47,477 nucleotides of DNA from a virus: IMG/VR virus record IMGVR_UViG_3300045988_091556; one strand, given 5' to 3'. Shown one piece after another: positions 43,340 to 47,477 of this stretch; the first letter of the stretch is position 1, and each line of letters starts with the position of its first letter. The position numbers were made by a program, and so were the translations under genes. A model generated the notes under the pieces. It was not told the DNA's origin, did not search any database, and saw nothing but the letters and a program-made list of their open reading frames with translations.

Positions 43340-43601
43340 CGCCGTTATCCCCAAAGCAAAGGAGCGCAGCCGCCTGATCCTTGAAACGCTCGGCAGCAGG
43401 AGTATGACCGTGAGCGAAATCACGGACGAGCTGGTGAAAGCGGGCCGGATCCCCTACTACAACCGCAACTATGTAGCGCCCAGACTCTCAGAGCTCAAAG
43501 ACATGGGCGTGGTGGAAACCTGCGGGCGCAGGCGCTCCACACACTCCACAGCTACCGAAGCAGTATGGCGCAGGAAGGAGGTAGAACATGATAGCCCTTA
43601 A
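43293..43601 (+). CDS. Winged-helix DNA-binding protein
   Basis: ILETLGSRSMTVSEITDELVK...VAPRLSELKDMGVVE is a MarR/ArsR-like wHTH. Confidence 0.55.
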   Translation: MGTNQTTKETRRASYDAVIPKAKERSRLILETLGSRSMTVSEITDELVKAGRIPYYNRNYVAPRLSELKDMGVVETCGRRRSTHSTATEAVWRRKEVEHDSP

Positions 43602-43749
43602 CATTCTGCTGGGCGTTCTGGCTTTTGTGTGCCTGCTCTTTATCGTAGGCGAACCGAAGCCGCCGATCAGTGACAGAAAGCGCGGAAATATCACGACCGC
43701 CTTTGTCGCGATCGTGTTCCTGATAATCGCAGCAAATACCATTTTTTAA
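43588..43749 (+). CDS. Small membrane protein with two TM segments (53 aa)
   Basis: ATG 7 nt after GGAGGT. MIALNILLGVLAFVCLLFIV...AFVAIVFLIIAANTIF. Confidence 0.45.
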   Translation: MIALNILLGVLAFVCLLFIVGEPKPPISDRKRGNITTAFVAIVFLIIAANTIF

Positions 43750-43762
43750 GGAGGACAACACC

Positions 43763-44416
43763 ATGGCAAAGCGGAAAGTACAAAGCCAGATCAACCTCGA
43801 ACGACTGGCAGGCGGAGCCTTCGCTGAGAAGCTCAACGAGGCACTCATGCAGGTGGCTGAGAACATTCAGAACCCGAACACCGAAGCCACCACCAAGAGA
43901 CAGATCAACATAGCGATAAAATTCGCACCGAACAAGAGCCGTCAGGTAATCAATACCCAGATCTCCGTCACGACCAAGCTCGCAGCTACGGAGGCAATCG
44001 ACACTCAAATGGTGATGGGCGTCAATATGAGAACCGGCCAGATCGAGATCGCTGAGTATGACGGGCAGATCCGCGGGCAGATGAACCTCTCCGACTTCGC
44101 AGAGGAAGATCCACAGCCGAAGGAGCCCGCCGGGCAGCAGGAGGAAGCTCAGGCAGAGGCCGAGCGGGAGCAGGACATTCCAACCAGCGCTCCTATTGAC
44201 ATGAGGCGAAGAAAACCAGAACCGCGGCAGCAGGCAGAGGCGGATCCGGATCCAGAGGCAGCAGGCCGCCTGATACCCGGTAAGGACTTCGATCCGGTAA
44301 CTGGGGAAATATATGAACCGGAGGACGACCGACGGACAACCGACGGACAGACCGAAGAACAACCGAAAAACGACGGCAAAATCGTAGTAATGGAACGCGC
44401 CGCGGCGCAGGCATAA
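43763..44416 (+). CDS. Hypothetical acidic protein
   Basis: Strong RBS, 217 aa. Globular N-terminal half and an acidic, low-complexity C-terminal half containing the RRTTDGQTE motif. Confidence 0.55.
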   Translation: MAKRKVQSQINLERLAGGAFAEKLNEALMQVAENIQNPNTEATTKRQINIAIKFAPNKSRQVINTQISVTTKLAATEAIDTQMVMGVNMRTGQIEIAEYDGQIRGQMNLSDFAEEDPQPKEPAGQQEEAQAEAEREQDIPTSAPIDMRRRKPEPRQQAEADPDPEAAGRLIPGKDFDPVTGEIYEPEDDRRTTDGQTEEQPKNDGKIVVMERAAAQA

Positions 44417-44434
44417 GAAAAGGAGGACAAGACC

Positions 44435-45178
44435 ATGGAAGGAATTAAGGAAGCAATCGCATTTATCACAGATCTGGCCGTGAAGGCTGAGAAACCGGAA
44501 ACCATAGAGATCAACGGCCGGACGTACTGCACGAAATCCCTCAAACGCTACGACGAGGCAGACAAAGCGGAGCCGATCCGGGCGACCACGCTCACCTCTC
44601 TGGTGGACTACATAAAGGAAAGCCGGGAGGAACTGCGGGATCGCATGATTATTCAGGTAGTAAGCGCCACCAAAGTGCTGCTTTACTCTGGCCTGCTACC
44701 GGAGCGGGATCGCGAGACGCTCTTTGAGGTAAACGCCCTGCTGCCCCGCTTTGAATATGGCCGGGAGTACGATCAGGAGTCTTTCCTTGTATCTATGCAG
44801 GCGTGTTTCGCACCCAGCGACGAGCGGGAGGACGTCGCAAAGGTGGCGAGCAATATCGTGAGCACGCAGGAGGCCACGTTCTCGGACGACGGGATCAGCC
44901 AGCAAGTTGTAATGAAAACCGGCGTCACGAAGAAAGAAAACGCTATTATTCCCAACCCGGTGCGGCTGATCCCCTACCGCACATTTCTGGAGGTAGAGCA
45001 GCCGGAAAGCGAGTTTGTTTTCCGGATCACCGAAGGCAGAGGCGGCGTTCCCTTCTTTAAGCTGGTAGCTGCCGACGGCGGGCGCTGGGAGGCGGTGGCC
45101 GTCGACAATGTAAAGAGCTATCTCGTGGAGGCGCTGGCCGACATTCCAAACCGGGAGCAGATAACCATAATCGCATAA
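44435..45178 (+). CDS. Hypothetical protein
   Basis: Strong RBS, 247 aa. No motif recognised. Confidence 0.55.
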   Translation: MEGIKEAIAFITDLAVKAEKPETIEINGRTYCTKSLKRYDEADKAEPIRATTLTSLVDYIKESREELRDRMIIQVVSATKVLLYSGLLPERDRETLFEVNALLPRFEYGREYDQESFLVSMQACFAPSDEREDVAKVASNIVSTQEATFSDDGISQQVVMKTGVTKKENAIIPNPVRLIPYRTFLEVEQPESEFVFRITEGRGGVPFFKLVAADGGRWEAVAVDNVKSYLVEALADIPNREQITIIA

Positions 45179-45248
45179 GCCCGGCATATCACAAAAACCA
45201 GAGGGAGGGCTCCGGCCCTCCCAGTACAAGTATAAGGAGGACAACACC

Positions 45249-45902
45249 GTGCAATATAGACCGAAAATCATAAAAGGAACCGTAAAGGGCACCGGCTGGC
45301 CGATCGACGGCCACACGCTCTACTTCTCCCAGTGGGACTACGACAACCGGGAAAGCTGGCACCTCTACGGCTGGGACGAGCCGGACGACGAGGCAGTCAT
45401 GGAAACCATGTTCACCACGGAGACACTGGCGGGCATGTGCGAGCATGAAAAGCTCGAAGGCTTCGCCGAAGAATGGAAAGCAAAGAAATGGGAACCGCAA
45501 GGGGCGTTTTGCCTGACGCTGGAGCAGGTGGACGTCGTGGAAGTTTTGCAGGAGGAAGTCAGAAACGAAACCCGCGAGGAACTCCGGGCCCGCGGCTTCG
45601 ATCTTACGCCCAGAAAATACAGCGACAAGGGCGGGATCCTCTGCCTGCCTCTGGATAAGAACCTAAACGGCGACACCCAGAAAAAGCACCCGGACTGGGA
45701 GCTGATCGACTGCCCCCTCTGCGGCCAGAAATGCTGGAAAATGCCCGCGGCCGACAAACTCAAAGCGGCGCAGGCTGTCACCTACCTTTGTACGGAGTGC
45801 GCCGTCAAAGCGGGATTTTTGGCAGACTATCCCAAAAATCGGAGAAAGCCCGGCGGGAACCGGGAGCAAAGAAGGAGGGCGAAAAGAAATGCACGAAGAT
45901 AA
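45249..45902 (+). CDS. Hypothetical protein with a C-terminal CxxC...CxxC zinc-finger-like motif and a basic tail
   Basis: GTG follows TAAGGAGG. CPLCGQKCW...CTECA. Confidence 0.5.
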   Translation: MQYRPKIIKGTVKGTGWPIDGHTLYFSQWDYDNRESWHLYGWDEPDDEAVMETMFTTETLAGMCEHEKLEGFAEEWKAKKWEPQGAFCLTLEQVDVVEVLQEEVRNETREELRARGFDLTPRKYSDKGGILCLPLDKNLNGDTQKKHPDWELIDCPLCGQKCWKMPAADKLKAAQAVTYLCTECAVKAGFLADYPKNRRKPGGNREQRRRAKRNARR

Positions 45903-46308
45903 CAACCCGATCGGCGCGTGGATTTTATACGCCTTTGCCTCTTTCCTGCTCTGGATCGTTCTCGTATTCCTGAAACTGCTCGGCGTGGTAAGGATAAGCT
46001 GGATCGGCGTAGTCCTCGGCCTGTTTTGGCTCCCGCTCGTGCTTATGTGCCTGATCTGCGGAGTGGCTGCCCTCATTATCCTGATCGCCCACATAAAGAG
46101 AAAGCACCGCCGCAAAGTCGCAGACCGTCGCATTATCCGGCAAGCAAAAGCGATCGGGGCATGGACACCACAGGCGGCAGGAGGACGGGCTCTGGAGCTG
46201 CTCGCCAAAGAGTACGGGATCCAGCGCGAGGCTGGAGAGACAGACCGGCAGCTCCGCGGCAGGATCATGGAAGCGGCAGGAAGCGCCGGAAGGCAGGAGG
46301 ACAAATAA
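45889..46308 (+). CDS. Membrane protein (2-3 TM segments) of unknown function
   Basis: RBS GAAGGAGG. WILYAFASFLLWIVLVFL and VVLGLFWLPLVLMCLICGVAALIILIA. Confidence 0.5.
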   Translation: MHEDNNPIGAWILYAFASFLLWIVLVFLKLLGVVRISWIGVVLGLFWLPLVLMCLICGVAALIILIAHIKRKHRRKVADRRIIRQAKAIGAWTPQAAGGRALELLAKEYGIQREAGETDRQLRGRIMEAAGSAGRQEDK

Positions 46309-47477
46309 ATGGACTATAAAACAGAGGCAGAGCCGAAAGCATACGCTGACGGCGTGCCGGTATTCTGCGCCCACGACAAAATAGTGGACGTTGCAACGCT
46401 GGTACCTAATCCGAAGAACCCGAACCAGCACCCGGACGCCCAGATCCAGCTACTCGGCCGCATTATCCGGCAAACCGGGTGGAGGCAGCCGATCACAGTC
46501 AGCAAACGCTCCGGCTTTATCGTAAAAGGACACGGACGCCTCTCTGCTGCCCTTCTGGAAGGCATGAAGCAGGCACCCGTAGACTACCAGAACTACACCA
46601 ACGAAGCGGAGGAATACGCTGATCTGGTGGCCGACAACCGGATCGCAGAGCTGGCAGAAACGGACAATAAGCTGCTGGCTGACATTTTCGCAGACATAGA
46701 CACCGGGGAGATCCCCATGGAACTGACCGGATACACAGAGGACGAGGTGGAAAGCCTCGTCACCGCCCTGTCCGAAGCCCTTCACAATGACCTCAACGAA
46801 CCGGACGACATACCGGAAACACCGGAGGCAGAGGCCGTCATATCCCAAAAGGGCGACATCTGGATCCTCGGCCGCCACCGCGTTGTCTGCGGAGACGCCA
46901 CGAACGAACAGGATCGGGAGCTGCTGCTTGACGGAGCCCACCCGGAAATCCTTCTCACCGATCCACCCTACTGCTCCGGCGGCTTTCAGGAGTCTGGCAG
47001 AGTAACCGGAAGCATTGGAAGCAAACAGTCCGACGGAAAGGGCGGATTTACAACTCCGACGATCAGCTCCGACAATCTATCAACCAGAGGCTATCAGGTA
47101 CTAATGAAGAACGTCCTCGGAGCCACGGACATAAAAGTGGCGTATATCTTCACAGACTGGAGAATGTGGATCTATCTCTTTGACCTCGTGGAAGGCTCCG
47201 GGCTGGGCGTCAGAAATATGATTGTGTGGAATAAGCAAAGCCCCGGCATGGGTAACGGCTGGAGGGCGCAGCATGAGCTCATCATGTTTGCACACCGCAC
47301 AAAGCCGAAGTGGGACAATCACAAAGGCTACGGCAACGTACTGGAAGCCACACGCTCCGGGAATGAACTGCACCCGACGCAGAAACCCGTCGAAATACTG
47401 GAGAAGCTGCTGGACAATACCCAGTGGGCCGAGGGCGTCCTCGACACCTTCGGAGGATCTGGCACGACGCTGATCGC
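46309..47477 (+). CDS. ParB-like N-terminal nuclease domain fused to a beta-class DNA methyltransferase (5' part; continues at 1..265)
   Basis: LVPNPKNPNQHPDAQIQLLGRIIRQTGWRQPITVSKRSGFIVKGHGRL (ParBc), then LLTDPPYCSG (motif IV). Open to the window end. Confidence 0.85.
   Translation, partial: MDYKTEAEPKAYADGVPVFCAHDKIVDVATLVPNPKNPNQHPDAQIQLLGRIIRQTGWRQPITVSKRSGFIVKGHGRLSAALLEGMKQAPVDYQNYTNEAEEYADLVADNRIAELAETDNKLLADIFADIDTGEIPMELTGYTEDEVESLVTALSEALHNDLNEPDDIPETPEAEAVISQKGDIWILGRHRVVCGDATNEQDRELLLDGAHPEILLTDPPYCSGGFQESGRVTGSIGSKQSDGKGGFTTPTISSDNLSTRGYQVLMKNVLGATDIKVAYIFTDWRMWIYLFDLVEGSGLGVRNMIVWNKQSPGMGNGWRAQHELIMFAHRTKPKWDNHKGYGNVLEATRSGNELHPTQKPVEILEKLLDNTQWAEGVLDTFGGSGTTLI
47379..47477. 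repeat. Terminal direct repeat, copy 2
   Basis: Identical to 1-99. Confidence 0.9.

Noticed and set aside
1-47477. tRNA genes, and tyrosine or serine integrase, excisionase, or partition genes
   Set aside because: I could not see a cloverleaf-compatible sequence in the few non-coding gaps. No ORF shows integrase (R..HxxR..Y), resolvase-type or ParA motifs. The ParB-like domain present is the nuclease-type domain fused to a methyltransferase, not a partition protein.

Overview
The window is a complete, circularly closed genome of a tailed phage with a contractile tail. The unique length is about 47,378 bp. Bases 1-99 are identical to 47379-47477, and a ParB-domain DNA methyltransferase gene runs off the right end and finishes at 265. 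All convincing genes but one lie on the + strand, and nearly all have strong GGAGG-type ribosome binding sites, which suggests a Firmicute host of moderately high GC (inference only).

Gene order:
- a late activator resembling a sigma factor
- a lambda-like packaging and head module: Nu1-like TerS, GpA TerL, gpW-like, lambda-family portal, ClpP/S49 protease-scaffold, gpD-like decoration protein, gpE-like capsid
- a P2/PBSX-like contractile tail and baseplate: sheath, tube, chaperone with a predicted -1 frameshift, tape measure, LysM/gpX-like, gpD-like, spike, gpW/gp25-like, gpJ-like, gpI-like, fibre-region ORFs
- a complete diversity-generating retroelement (DGR): lectin-fold target with VR1, Avd, TR, reverse transcriptase
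- a lysis cassette
- a short switch region: one reverse-strand membrane protein, two XRE HTH proteins, and a consensus promoter carrying a palindromic operator
- an IS30-family DDE transposase, then an inverted-repeat/promoter structure, a roughly 250-nt candidate structured RNA, and an HTH-only IS30 paralog
- a replication and recombination module: DnaQ-like exonuclease, ERF, SSB, DnaD-like organizer, G39P-like loader, RecU
- three DNA methyltransferases and an HNH endonuclease

The most interesting points:
1. The DGR has a second, remote variable repeat (VR2) inside a paralogous lectin-fold gene in the early region, 9.8 kb from TR. VR2 is internal to the protein rather than C-terminal.
2. 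An IS30-type transposase is the only recombinase I can recognise. It sits next to an inverted-repeat pair that resembles an IR-IR junction and doubles as a promoter.
3. A candidate structured RNA lies between the transposase and its HTH-only paralog.

All functional calls come from my reading of motifs and synteny. No database search was run.
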